64,000 bases of DNA from Eledone cirrhosa (taxonomy: Eukaryota), in the NCBI GenBank assembly GCA_964016885.1, contig OZ024740.1, positions 312,604,001 through 312,668,000 on the forward strand, written 5' to 3'. The translations under genes were made by a program, and so were the position numbers. Positions 38,819 through 51,237 of the stretch are shown piece by piece (within the stretch, counting starts at the first letter, position 1; every line of letters begins with the position of its first letter). A model generated the notes under the pieces. That model had not been told where the DNA came from, did not search any database, and worked only from the letters and a program-made list of their open reading frames with translations.

Positions 38819-39967
38819 GCCCTATCATCATCATCATCATCATCATCAACGTTTAACGTCCGTGTTCCACGCTTGCATGGGTTTGGACGGGGGTAGTCCC
38901 ACTTGAGGCAAGAGTGATTGTCTTGCTCGCATAGGACTGTCTGGCAGGTTTTCTACAGTTGGATGCCCTTCCTAACACCAACCACATTTACAGTGTGGGT
39001 CTGGGAGGTTTTTACCGTGTTGCCTACACGGCCACATTACAGCGTGGACTGTGTGTTTTTTTGTCGTGACACCTACACGATCTCATTTGTTTCGGCCTGG
39101 ATGGCGCGGCACCAACATAACTTTACATAGGACGGGGTGGTGTGGATGGGTGGGGGTGGTGGCGGGACGGGGTGTATTTTGTTAGAGATGCCTACTGGCA
39201 AGGCGGGTCTTCTCTGTTACTGAGTACCGCCAAAGGTCTCGGTCCAGTGACATTGTCTTGGAGAGGTGTAAGTGTGTGAGGTCGGAGTTTATCAGCTCGT
39301 CCCAGGTTTTTCTAGGTCTGCCTATTCCGTGGCTACCGTCTATCTTTATTGCCCTGCACTTTGTTATACAGCTATCGTCTTTCATGCGCATCACGTGTCC
39401 ATACCAACGTAGCCTTCTCTCGAGTAAACAACATCTGATCCCTCTTATCTCTAATTTTTTTCCTTAGTTCGTTTATGCTTTGCCGTTCACGTATATTACT
39501 GTTACACATCCAGCGGAGCATGCAAGCTTCGTTCCTCTCTAGTCTGCGTATATCCTCTGCACACAATGCCCAGGTCTCACTGCCATGCAACATTGCTGTT
39601 CGTATGCAGGCATCGTACAACCTGCCTTTCATTTTTAGGGAGAACCCTTTAGCAGCTAATAGTGGTATAAGCTCTCTGAACTTTTTCCAACCAGTTCTGA
39701 CTCTAGCTACAGTACTTTCAGAGCACCCTCCCCCACTGCTGATTTTATCGCCCAGGTAACGGAAGCTGTCCACTATTTCTATAGAACCCTCTGCGCAATT
39801 GAAAGAGCTAGTATTTTGTGGGCACTTGCTGCTACTTATTGCACCAGAACACCGGCCACATGTAAAATCTATGTTCTTAGTTAGCTTACCTGTGATCCCA
39901 CTACATCTTTTATGCACCCATACTTTGCATTTAGCACATAAAATGGAGTTTCTACCTACGCCCTATC
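38819..39967 (-). mobile_element. 5'-truncated copy of the young RTE family, with TSD
   Basis: Very similar to 13045-14312; has TGG where the long copy has TAG; one frameshift near 39460; TSD GCCCTATC at 38819-38826 and 39960-39967. Confidence 0.93.
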
Positions 39968-39979
39968 TAACAACAAATT

Positions 39980-40390
39980 GACAATCTTGGGCTGTGACAG
40001 CAGAGGACATGCGTAGACTGCAGTGAAATGAAGCAATCATACTTCCTTGGATTTGCAATGTAAATGTGAGAGAAAGACAGAGCTTGGATGAACTAAGGGA
40101 AAAACTGGGTTTAAGAAAAATCTGAGGTGGTGAGCAAGAGAGAAGACAGCGTCGATATGGGCATGTGATGTGCATCCCTGGGTGAAGCAGTGCCATGAAA
40201 TCCCAGTGGAAGGAAGCTGCAGTAGAGGTAGACCAAGAGACCTATGCAGAGGTGGTGAGAGCTGATCTCAAGTTGCTGAGATTCACAGAGATGAGGAAGG
40301 AATGCAGTGAATGGAAAGATGTTGTGCTGAAAAGGACCAGTCCAACATATATGATCATGGAACAACGGACGTGAAAACGATGATGATGGT
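39980..40390 (+). mobile_element. Older, decayed RTE 3' fragment
   Basis: SWAVTAEDMRRL...ELREKLG...YGHVM...GRPR relics with stops; (GAT)n tail. Confidence 0.8.
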
Positions 40391-41374
40391 ATACAAGTTT
40401 AAAAACACACATGTTTAATGTAATCACTGTGGAACTTATGAGACACTATCCAAAAGTATATAGTATATCTTGATTTTAAAATCTAATCCTTCATAGAGGC
40501 TGTTTATGGTTGGAGAATATATCTAGCTAAGTTACATTGTCAATAGTTCAGTTATAAAATTCTATTTAGCCAGTACTGGATATGACATCCTTCTGTTTCA
40601 ATTGTAAGAAGGGCACAGGCATGAATGTATGATTAAGAAATTCACTCTACAAACATGAACTGAACAGCACTTTGAGCAAGTGTCTTCTATTATGGCCTCA
40701 GTTTGAGCAATGGATTGAATGGAGTTTGATAGAAACTGCAGAATTGTTTTATGTTTACCAGTGTAGTGTCAAAAGGGTAATTCAGTCATTTGGTAAATTG
40801 AGATCAATAAAACAAATATCAGACCAAAATAAGTGATTGAGTCAATATGACAGGTTAAAGCCCTTAAAGGTGGTGACTAAGGTAAATAAGTACTGCAGTC
40901 AAGATGATAGGTTAAAACCTTTGAAGGTGCTGACTGAGGGAAAAAAAAATTGCTCCAGAAATTTAGGAATTCAACCCAGGCCAAGCAGGAAATTCACTGA
41001 GAATACCGTGTAATAGTGGGGTTGGCTTATATTTGCCAACCCCACTATTTTATGTCTGAGAAATGGGCAAAAAATCCAAACCTTATTTACGTAGAATTTA
41101 AAGTTGGTGAAAATTATCAAAATACAGATCCCTGGCTTGTCTGGAAGATCAGTAGCCACCACTTCAGTACTGTCTTGGTCTATGTAGACCCATCCAACCC
41201 TTGCTAGCAGGCAAGGCGGACGTTAAAAAGATGATATAAATTGACCTCAAATATAAGCTCCTTCTACCATTGATTTTTTTTGGTCACATATTCCTCAGCT
41301 TATATTCAAGTATATACAGTAAATCAAATATCTCTAAATCTTCCATTGAGAGAAAAAAAAAAAAGACTAGTTAC

Positions 41375-41516
41375 CATATTTCAAATCACAGATTTGAGAA
41401 TCTAACTTTTCCAGTTTTTGGCACACTTTCTCAACTGGTAAACTCCAACTTAAAGGTTTAGTCATTTCATTGATAATGTTGGTAGCTGATGTATCCAAAG
41501 CTCCGATGTAATAACA
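41375..41516 (-). CDS. MANF: MANF exon 3 (saposin-like domain)
   Basis: TTTCAG|TGT...TAT G|GTAAC; encodes [47 protein letters not shown]. Confidence 0.96.
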
Positions 41517-41679
41517 CTGAAATTAGAGAAGACAATGATTGCAATTAAAAGTCTCATCAAATGTGAAACATGGAACTTAGTGAGTGTTTACAGAATTGAG
41601 TTTTTGACAACAGCCAACAATAATCATTTTATGTTCACTAATATAAAAAAAAAAGTTTAAAGTCTGTCTCAAGCTTGGA

Positions 41680-42010
41680 GGCTCATCAGGCCAATGCTTG
41701 TCCTGGTTTTTCATGGCATTAAGTGACTGAGAATACAAGACTTCCTCCTGTTGCTGGTACTCATTTTCAGCTGAGTATATTGGAGCAGTGTGAAGAGGTT
41801 CATCAGGCTGGTGTTTCTCTCAGTTTTTCATGGCATTAAACTGAGAGTACAAGACTTCCCCCCTGGACAGGACACTAGTCCATCACAGGGTTAAACCCCC
41901 AGCTGTTGCTGGTGCTCATTCTTTTTTCAGCTGAGTATACTGGAGCAACATGAAATGAAGTGTTTTGCTCAAGAACACAGCACAGAACCCAGTCCAATAC
42001 ACTTATCACT
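41680..42010 (-). mobile_element. CORE/Meta-like SINE remnants with an internal duplication
   Basis: AAGTGTTTTGCTCAAGAACAC and two copies of CAGCTGAGTATA.TGGAGCA; related to 5882-6135. Confidence 0.65.
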
Positions 42011-42767
42011 CTAATATGCAGAGATGGATAGTTTCTCAAACAGCAATGGTCAGTATACTATAAACTTGAAGTGTTATAACATGGACATAATTTTAAATCA
42101 CTTCATAAGTCTTATATTCTGTTGCTCACAACCTTGCACTAAAACTGTCTAAGCTAAGTGCCAAACTATAAAAAAATTCAATGCAATTATTGTTGTAAAT
42201 ATCAAAATTATATCAGCAAGGATGAGCTATAGTTGTGGTTACTGCAACCAACAATAAAAAAAAAAACAGTTTAACAACATACACTGTTTAGTCACAAAAT
42301 ATTTTTTTTAAATGAATAAAAAATAAAAATTGTTTTCCATCCATTTTTAAAAGCTAGTTTGGGAATGGTAGGCTTGGTAAATTCAATCATTAACATGTTG
42401 CAAGACCTTTTATTTGAAAACGTGTGTTGAAACACATATTGTTATACTTTGGGAGGGTCATATTGCCAATAAAAACAAGACAAAAGAGAGACACAGAATA
42501 ACAACAAAAGTAATCACTGAAGAGGTCACAGAATGTGTGACGAAAGATCTTTGACAATCAGCAACTAAATCATCCAGTTATTAAACTAACTGACTGGGAA
42601 ATTATAATAATAAATTAAAGTGAAACGCAACAGGTGTGTGTGTTTATTGACAGCACAACCCACCCAAAGCATAACAATATGTTGTTGGAGTATTTTTTAC
42701 ATTCTGACACCCTGCACTCAAACAGACAAAGGGTACAATACAACTGCAATAAGATTTGTACATGAGA

Positions 42768-45350
42768 ATGTAGACAGTAATCCCATCCCTTCACATAACC
42801 ACTGTATATACACAGTAATCCCATCCCTTCATATAACCACTGTATGTAGACAGTAATCCCATCCCTTCACATAACTACTGTATATACACAGTAATCTTAT
42901 CCCTTCATATAACCACTGTATGTAGACAGTAATCCCATCCCTTCATATAACCACTGTATGTAGACAGTAATCCCATCCCTTCATATAACCACTGTATGTA
43001 GACAGTAATCCCATCCCTTCACATAACTACTGTATATACACAGTAATCTTATCCCTTCATATAACCACTGTATGTAGACAGTAATCCCATCCCTTCACAT
43101 AACTACTGTATGTAGACAGTAATCCCATCCCTTCACATAACCACTGTATGTAGACAGTAATCCCATCCCTTCACATAACTACTGTATATAGACAGTAATC
43201 CCATCCCTTCACATAACTACTGTATATACACAGTAATCCCATCCCTTCATATAACCACTGTATGTAGACAGTAATCCCATCCCTTCACATAACCACTGTA
43301 TGTAGACAGTAATCCCATCCCTTCACATAACTACTGTATGTAGACAGTAATCCCATCCCTTCATATAACCACTGTATGTAGACAGTAATCCCATCCCTTC
43401 ACATAACTACTGTATATACACAGTAATCCCATCCCTTCATATAACCACTGTATGTAGACAGTAATCCCATCCCTTCACATAACTACTGTATATACACAGT
43501 AATCTTATCCCTTCATATAACCACTGTATGTAGACAGTAATCCCATCCCTTCACATAACTACTGTATGTAGACAGTAATCCCATCCCTTCACATAACTAC
43601 TGTATATACACAGTAATCCCATCCCTTCATATAACCACTGTATGTAGACAGTAATCCCATCCCTTCATATAACCACTGTATGTAGACAGTAATCCCATCC
43701 CTTCACATAACTACTGTATGTAGACAGTAATCCCATCCCTTCACATAACCACTGTATGTAGACAGTAATCCCATCCCTTCACATAACTACTGTATGTAGA
43801 CAGTAATCCCATCCCTTCACATAACCACTGTATGTAGACAGTAATCCCATCCCTTCACATAACTACTGTATGTAGACAGTAATCCCATCCCTTCACATAA
43901 CTACTGTATATACACAGTAATCTTATCCCTTCATATAACCACTGTATGTAGACAGTAATCCCATCCCTTCACATAACTACTGTATGTAGACAGTAATCCC
44001 ATCCCTTCACATAACTACTGTATATACACAGTAATCTTATCCCTTCATATAACCACTGTATGTAGACAGTAATCCCATCCCTTCACATAACTACTGTATG
44101 TAGACAGTAATCCCATCCCTTCACATAACTACTGTATATACACAGTAATCCCATCCCTTCATATAACCACTGTATGTAGACAGTAATCCCATCCCTTCAC
44201 ATAACCACTGTATATACACAGTAATCTTATCCCTTCATATAACCACTGTATGTAGACAGTAATCCCATCCCTTCACATAACTACTGTATATACACAGTAA
44301 TCCCATCCCTTCATATAACCACTGTATGTAGACAGTAATCCCATCCCTTCACATAACTACTGTATGTAGACAGTAATCCCATCCCTTCACATAACCACTG
44401 TATGTAGACAGTAATCCCATCCCTTCACATAACTACTGTATGTAGACAGTAATCCCATCCCTTCACATAACCACTGTATGTAGACAGTAATCCCATCCCT
44501 TCACATAACTACTGTATGTAGACAGTAATCCCATCCCTTCACATAACTACTGTATATACACAGTAATCTTATCCCTTCATATAACCACTGTATGTAGACA
44601 GTAATCCCATCCCTTCACATAACTACTGTATGTAGACAGTAATCCCATCCCTTCACATAACTACTGTATATACACAGTAATCTTATCCCTTCATATAACC
44701 ACTGTATGTAGACAGTAATCCCATCCCTTCATATAACCACTGTATGTAGACAGTAATCCCATCCCTTCACATAACTACTGTATGTAGACAGTAATCCCAT
44801 CCCTTCACATAACTACTGTATATACACAGTAATCTTATCCCTTCATATAACCACTGTATGTAGACAGTAATCCCATCCCTTCACATAACCACTGTATGTA
44901 GACAGTAATCCCATCCCTTCACATAACTACTGTATGTAGACAGTAATCCCATCCCTTCACATAACTACTGTATGTAGACAGTAATCCCATCCCTTCACAT
45001 AACTACTGTATGTAGACAGTAATCCCATCCCTTCACATAACTACTGTATATACACAGTAATCTTATCCCTTCATATAACCACTGTATGTAGACAGTAATC
45101 CCATCCCTTCACATAACTACTGTATGTAGACAGTAATCCCATCCCTTCACATAACTACTGTATGTAGACAGTAATCCCATCCCTTCACATAACTACTGTA
45201 TATAGACACTAATCCCATCCCCTTCACATTACTGTATATAGACATTAATCCCATCCCTTCAACCACTGAATATAGACAGTAATTCCGTTCTTCATATAAC
45301 CATTGTATATAGACAGTAATTCCATCCCTTCATATAACCACTGTATACTG
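42768..45350. repeat. 38-bp minisatellite, roughly 65-70 copies, in MANF intron 2
   Basis: Unit CAGTAATCCCATCCCTTCACATAACTACTGTATGTAGA with a few recurring variant positions. Confidence 0.99.
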
Positions 45351-45404
45351 TCTTTCAAAAAATAAACATCATGCCAACAAATATTAGATTATCATTTTAC
45401 TTAC

Positions 45405-45529
45405 AAATCTTTCTCTTTTGCTTTTGGAACCTTTGCAGAACGCCTTAAAGAGTTTGTTAAGTTCATTGTAATTAGATTTCGATTCAGAAGGAACAGTTTT
45501 CAAGAATAACTCAACTTCTTTCAAACACA
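45405..45529 (-). CDS. MANF: MANF exon 2
   Basis: TTTGCAG|TG TGT...TTT|GTAAGT; encodes VCLKEVELFLKTVPSESKSNYNELNKLFKAFCKGSKSKRERF; phases fit exons 1 and 3. Confidence 0.92.
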
Positions 45530-45589
45530 CTGCAAAGAAACAAACATTAACAATTTAAACAGAATAACAGAGATTTACATTTACATCTT

Positions 45590-45853
45590 TGAAACATCCA
45601 GGCCACACTGTAAAGTAGTCGCATAGGAGACACTGCTTAAAGCACCCAGCCCACACTGTAAAGTGGTCATATAGGAGACACAGCAAAAAGCACCCAGCAC
45701 ACACTGTAAATGTGGTTGGCTTTAGGAAGGGCATCTAGCCAGAAACAGTCCTGAGTAAGACACGGTCACCCGACTCAACTTGCCTCTAATGGGACAAACC
45801 CATCTAACCCATGCTAGCATGGAAAAATGTCATTAAATGACGATGATGATGAT
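45590..45853 (+). mobile_element. RTE-tail short element
   Basis: Three CACACTGTAAA blocks, then GGAAGGGCATC, CCCATGCTAGC and (GAT)n. Confidence 0.78.
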
Positions 45854-46591
45854 ACATTTTTCACGTTTCCTGCTGGAGATTGCACAGCTTAGCATGTGAT
45901 AACAATAGCTTATGTCAAGATACATTGTAGTTTTAAATGGACAGGCAACATTTCATGGGTTCCACAGCTGTTGGAAGTCTGCTTTTCTTTTACCAACACA
46001 CCCATCACTGAGCTGCACTTATTTGGAGAATTGTTTAGAGCGTGTGAAAGCCTATTTGGTTGTTTATAACATTAATAAGGCGGAGAATTGGCAGAGTCAT
46101 TAAAACATCAGCTAGAACACTTTGTGGTATTCATTCTGGCTCTAGGAGTTCAAATCCCACTGAGGTCAAGTTTGCCTTTCATCCTTTCGAGGTTGATAAA
46201 TAAAGTACCAGTCTAGTAATGGGATCAATTCTTCCTCTCTCTCTCTCAGTGTCTATACTTCTATGGAAGAAATCTGCTGTGTTCAGACCTAGAGAGAGAT
46301 GGGCTTTGCCAGGCTTAAAAATGCCCAAGAAACGCCACATGCCTTACGACTCCATCAAGAATTACGGGACCATACCAACATTAATGTTATGTTAGATTGG
46401 CATAATAACCATACCAATATATATTCTAAATATGTTTTAAACATAGAAGTCCTCTAAAATTGGGATTACAATCTGAAATATTTTCAGCAAGCCACAGGAA
46501 CAGTAATAGTATTACTGATTTGAGTATTTATTTGGACTCCCCTTGGGATCCCATATAGCTCAACACAACTTGATGCATATCATTATTTACA

Positions 46592-47287
46592 AGGGTGGTG
46601 GATTGGCAGTATCGGTAGAGGGTCGGACGCCATGCTTTGCAGCATAGAGTTAAGGCCCTTTATGATCTGAGTTCAAATCCCGCCGAAGTTAACTTTGCCT
46701 TTCATCCTTACGGGGGTCTTATCGACCCCCCATAAGGATGAAAGGCAAATAAAGCACCAGTAATGCATGGGAGTCAATTTAATTGACTTTCTCCTCCCCC
46801 AAAATTGCTGGCCTTGTGCCTATATAAGAAACCATTGTCATTTACAAGGGCGATGGATTGGCAGTATCGGTAGAGAGCCTTTACAGTCTGGGCTCAAATC
46901 CCACCAAGGATAGCTTTGTCTTTCATCCTTACGGGGGTCGATAAAATAAAGTACCAGTAATGTACTGGGATAATTGTTGGCCTTGTGCCAAAAGTAGAAA
47001 CAATTATTTACAGCAACAATATTAATATTTCATAAGAATTAAATGTGTTTTAAAACATATAGACCTGCTTGGTAATCACACTGTACATACATACTAAATA
47101 ATTGTTTCTACTTTAGGCACAAGGTCAGCAATTACCCAGTGCATTACTGGTACTTTATTTTATCGACCCCGTAAGGATGAAAGGCAAAGTCAACCCCGGC
47201 GGGATTTGAACTCAGATCGTAAAGGGATGTAACTATGCTGGAAAGCATGGCGTCCGACTCTCTACCGATACTGCCAATCCACCGCCA
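46592..47287. mobile_element. Three Nin-domain-like SINEs (46592-46840 +, 46848-47010 +, 47100-47287 -)
   Basis: Same A/B boxes and central domain as 25864. The minus copy is flanked by the direct repeat CATACATACTAAATAAT (TSD). Confidence 0.88.
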
Positions 47288-47407
47288 TACATACTAAATA
47301 ATGTCTTGATGGAGGCACATGGCTTAGTGGTTAGAGCATTGGCCTTGCAATCGAACCGACATACATACTTGCAATCCACCGACATACATACTAAATAATG
47401 TCTTGAT

Positions 47408-47747
47408 GGAGGCACATGGCTTAGTGGTTAGAGCATTGGCCTTGCAATCGAAAGGTCGTGAGTTCAATTCTCAGACCGGGTGATGTGTTGTTTCCTTGAG
47501 CAAGACACTTTATTTCACATTGCTCCAGTTTACTCAGCTGTAGAAATGAGATGATAGGAACTGGGGTCCCTATCATTCCACTGCAAAGTGGTCGTGGAGG
47601 TGCCACGGCAAAAAAAGCACCCAGCACTCACTGTAAATGAGGTTGGTGTTAGGAAGGGCATCCAGCTGTAGAAATCAAGCCAGAATCAGTTCCCGCCCCA
47701 CCCTTGCAAGCAGGGAAAAGCGGACGTAAAATGAAATGATGATGATG
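47408..47747 (+). mobile_element. Tripartite SINE (tRNA head, CORE/Meta-like body, RTE-derived tail)
   Basis: TGGCTTAGTGG / GAGTTCAATTC boxes; CCTTGAGCAAGACACTT; tail closely matching the RTE 3' UTR at 3370-3510; (GAT)n. Confidence 0.9.
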
Positions 47748-48116
47748 TCTTGTGTCAAAGACAGCAGAGCACTTAACTTTTTAAGTATGAGAGAGACTTA
47801 TTCCAGATACAAGTACAGACGTGTGTGAATTTAACAACATGGGAACCTGAATGCTAACATGTTTGAAGTCTTCATTGTTATTTATGATTTAAAATGTCTT
47901 CATCTGATTAATTTCAACTCATTTTCTACTGCATAACATCATAATACTTTCTTCTCTCATTCTAGTATATCATTTTTACATCTGAACATATTCACTGTTC
48001 ACGATTGCAGTTTAGTCACTTATCTAGACTGAGACCAAATATTACATGAAGTCCTACCTGACTAAGGATTCTCTTGTTAAAGATTCTTGTTCCCACCAAG
48101 TACTGATATTTCTTGC

Positions 48117-48332
48117 TTAACCCTTTACCATTTACATTACTCTATATTTACTATTATATTTTCACGGTAAATACTTTACCTCACATAATATCAAATCTAC
48201 GAGATTTTGATACTATTTATTTTGAGAACAATACTTTAACATAGGTATGAGCAGCCGGTCGTGGATGGTTTGAACAGAAAGAGATGAGAGAATTCTGGCC
48301 GGATACGGCCAGTTTAAATGCTAAAGTGTTAA
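48117..48332. mobile_element. piggyBac-like MITE
   Basis: TTAA CCCTTTACCATTTA ... TAAATGCTAAAGTG TTAA. Confidence 0.78.
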
Positions 48333-48620
48333 GCTCACTATTAGCTGCACAAATCTATTATATCTTTCTGATCTAAAATAGTTCTCCCCTTTCCTTCTTG
48401 AACTCATGATCTGTCTTATCTTGCAAGCTTGAATCAATATGACAACAGAGTCACAAATTCAAACATTTGCTTTTGATGTACAATATTCTTCTCAAACATC
48501 TGTTGCCAAATACTGCAAAAATAACAGATTTTCAGCCATAGAAACCAAATTTAACAGCTGCTGGGAAGAATTGAGTTTTGTAGCATCTGTAACATACATA
48601 CAGGTAATTATGCATCGTAA

Positions 48621-48950
48621 TCATGGCTTAGTGGTTAGAGCATTGGCGTTGCAATCGAAAGGTTGTGAGTTCAATTCTCAGACCGGGTGATGTGTTGTTT
48701 CCTTGAGCAAGACACTTTATTTCACATTGCTCCAGTTTACTCAGCTGTAGAAATGAGATGATAGGGACTGGGGTCCCTATCATTCCACTGCAAAGTGGTC
48801 GTGGAGGTGCCATGGCAAAAAAGCACCCAGCACTCACTGTAAATGAGGTTGGTGTTAGGAAGGGCATCCAGCTGTAGAAATCAAGCCAAAATCAGTTCCC
48901 GTCCCACCCTTGCAAGCAGGGAAAAACGGACGTAAAATGAAATGATGATG
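48621..48950 (+). mobile_element. Tripartite SINE, near-identical to 47408-47747
   Basis: Direct sequence match along its whole length. Confidence 0.9.
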
Positions 48951-50349
48951 AATCCTTCTGAAATACTGTCCAGGCAAGTCTCACTAAGATAGCAGGAGTT
49001 CTGTTTATGTACCATTTAATTTTATTAAACTGACTAGCTGGTGGTAGAAAGGGTGATCTGAAGTAATCAAACTTATTTGCTTCCTTCATTTGAGGACTTT
49101 GACAGTGTGGACACGTTTCTGCTCACTTGTAAAGCTTTTGTTTTGGCTGTATTGACTTTTAGGTCAACCAGCTTCAAAGTAAGTAGTAAACTCATCAAGT
49201 ATGCCAGCAATATAGTGAAGGTCTGTGATAGCTGTAACCTGACCCACATGCACTACACAGTCCATCATACACTCCAATGATCATTTGTGAAAAGCTGCAA
49301 ACTTGCTGAAAGCTAATGTGTCCTTTTCTTTTCAAAATAGAGTATAAATTTATGGAAATTTGGCTGTTATTTCTAGCAGATACAGTACCACATTAAATAA
49401 TTATTGATTGTTTAGACAAGGCTGCCAACATCTTTCACTTTTAATATTTTCATAATCTGTCATCATCACCGTTTAACGTCCATTTAAACAGTGATGATGA
49501 CGATGACAGATTATGAAGATATTAAAAGTGAAAGATGTTGGCTGTCTTAACTAAACAATCATAAAATTAAACCTGAATTTACCCATGATGCCTCACAACA
49601 ACTAAATGAGAGATTGGAGGGATATTAACAAGCAGTGTTAAGAAAGATGTAATGCAATTAAATCCAAAAATCCAGTCTTCTAGAGTGTTAATCATAAATG
49701 ACCATAATGTATATCTAGCTATTTCTATAAATTATCTAAATATTCAGGATACAAAAATTTCACACAAAATGTATGGAAGTCTAAAATATTACATGGAATC
49801 TAGAGAAATATTTTTCCATCAAAGTAGAGAGGACAAAGTATTTTACTGTGCAAGTGGTTGAGTATGTGTGTGACATCCAAACGGGTATCCTCCACTTCCA
49901 ACTACCTTACTCTTCGCCTCTGGATACAAAAATGACCTCAAGAATTAGAAAAATAAAACCCTAAATGTTTTGCATTGAAACTTCGTAAGTAAACATTTAT
50001 TTTCTCATAGATTAAACATAAAACGAATCTAACACCTGAAGAGTCCTCATTGGCTGTATAATCTCCACTAGCTTCATTAGTGTCTTCTACAGTCTTTACT
50101 TCTCAAATATAGCAATCCCCTCACAAAATACTGCCTACAAAACCTTGTTTTCTTTTCTTTACATTGAAATGAAAACCAACAATAATCTCATGTTTCTATA
50201 CACAACATAAGTCTGCACTCCTCCAATAAGTTTCTCCTCTGCTAATTTAATTATAAGCAGCTTCTGTAATTTTTAGAATAATGAAGACATTCACACTTTA
50301 CTGGCACTTTGGCAGTGATTAACAATTCCAAATAGTAAACATTATTCCT

Positions 50350-50835
50350 ATTGGCAGTATCGGTAGAGGGTCGGATGCCATGCTTTCCAGCATAGTTACG
50401 TCCCTTTACGGTCTGAGTTCAAATCCCGTCGAGGTTAACTTTGCCTTTCATCTTTACGGGGTTAATAAAATAAAGTACCAGTAATGCACTGGGTAATTGC
50501 TGGTCTTGTGCCAAAAGTAGAAACAATTATTCCTACATAGAAAAAAAATAGTGCTATAATAAATTTTATGATCATCATGAGCAACTCCTAAGATTCCTAT
50601 TATTATACATCTACAAATTATCTTATACTATTCTCGTATCCTTAATAATTGTTTCTACTATTGGCACAAGGCCAGCAATTACCCCAGTGCATTACTAGTG
50701 CTTTATTTTATCGACCCTGTAAGGATGAAAGGTAAAGTTAACCTCGGCAGGTTTTGAACTCAGACCGTAAAGGACCATAACTCTATGCTGCAAAGCATGG
50801 TGTCCGACTCTCTGCTGATACTGCCAATCCACTGC
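50350..50835. mobile_element. Inverted pair of Nin-domain-like SINEs (50350-50530 +, 50645-50835 -)
   Basis: Two family copies tail-to-tail, ~115 bp apart. Confidence 0.88.
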
Positions 50836-51013
50836 TGCAGCCATGAAGGTCCTGAAAAGATCCTTTCTCCTCTCACTAAGCCATTAAAAAAAATGGCAAG
50901 ATAGCAATAAAAATTTCAGTTGTTTTCTATTGCAACAGATCTATAGTCTGGAGGCTGATCATTCCCCACTTCTTCCTGTTCCATATATATCATATCAATC
51001 ATATTTATCTTTG

Positions 51014-51237
51014 TTAACCCTTCAGCATACATAACTCTAAATTTACCATTGTATTTTTGTGGTAAAGGCTTTATTTTACATAATTATCACGCATAACAAA
51101 TCTACAAGATTTTAATGTTATTTAATTTGAAAACAATACCTTAACGTCAGTATGAGCTGCCAATTACGGCTGGTTTGAACAAAAAGAGGTGAGAGAATTC
51201 TGGTTGGATACGATTAGTTGAAATGCTAAAGAGTTAA
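51014..51237. mobile_element. piggyBac-like MITE
   Basis: TTAA CCCTTCAGCAT ... AAATGCTAAAGAG TTAA; interior shared with the 19771 and 48117 copies. Confidence 0.75.

Noticed and set aside
39900-40390. Head-to-head RTE pieces suggesting a twin-priming inversion
   Set aside because: The pieces overlap in coding position, differ greatly in decay, each has its own tail, and the minus copy has its own TSD; they are independent insertions.
42768-45350. CRISPR-like periodicity (also 1723-2212 and 30594-30930)
   Set aside because: Units are contiguous with no unique spacers, there are no cas genes, and the context is eukaryotic; these are minisatellites.
47408-47480. tRNA-like sequences with A and B boxes
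   Set aside because: They run directly into SINE bodies and lack a convincing cloverleaf; they are SINE heads, not tRNA genes.
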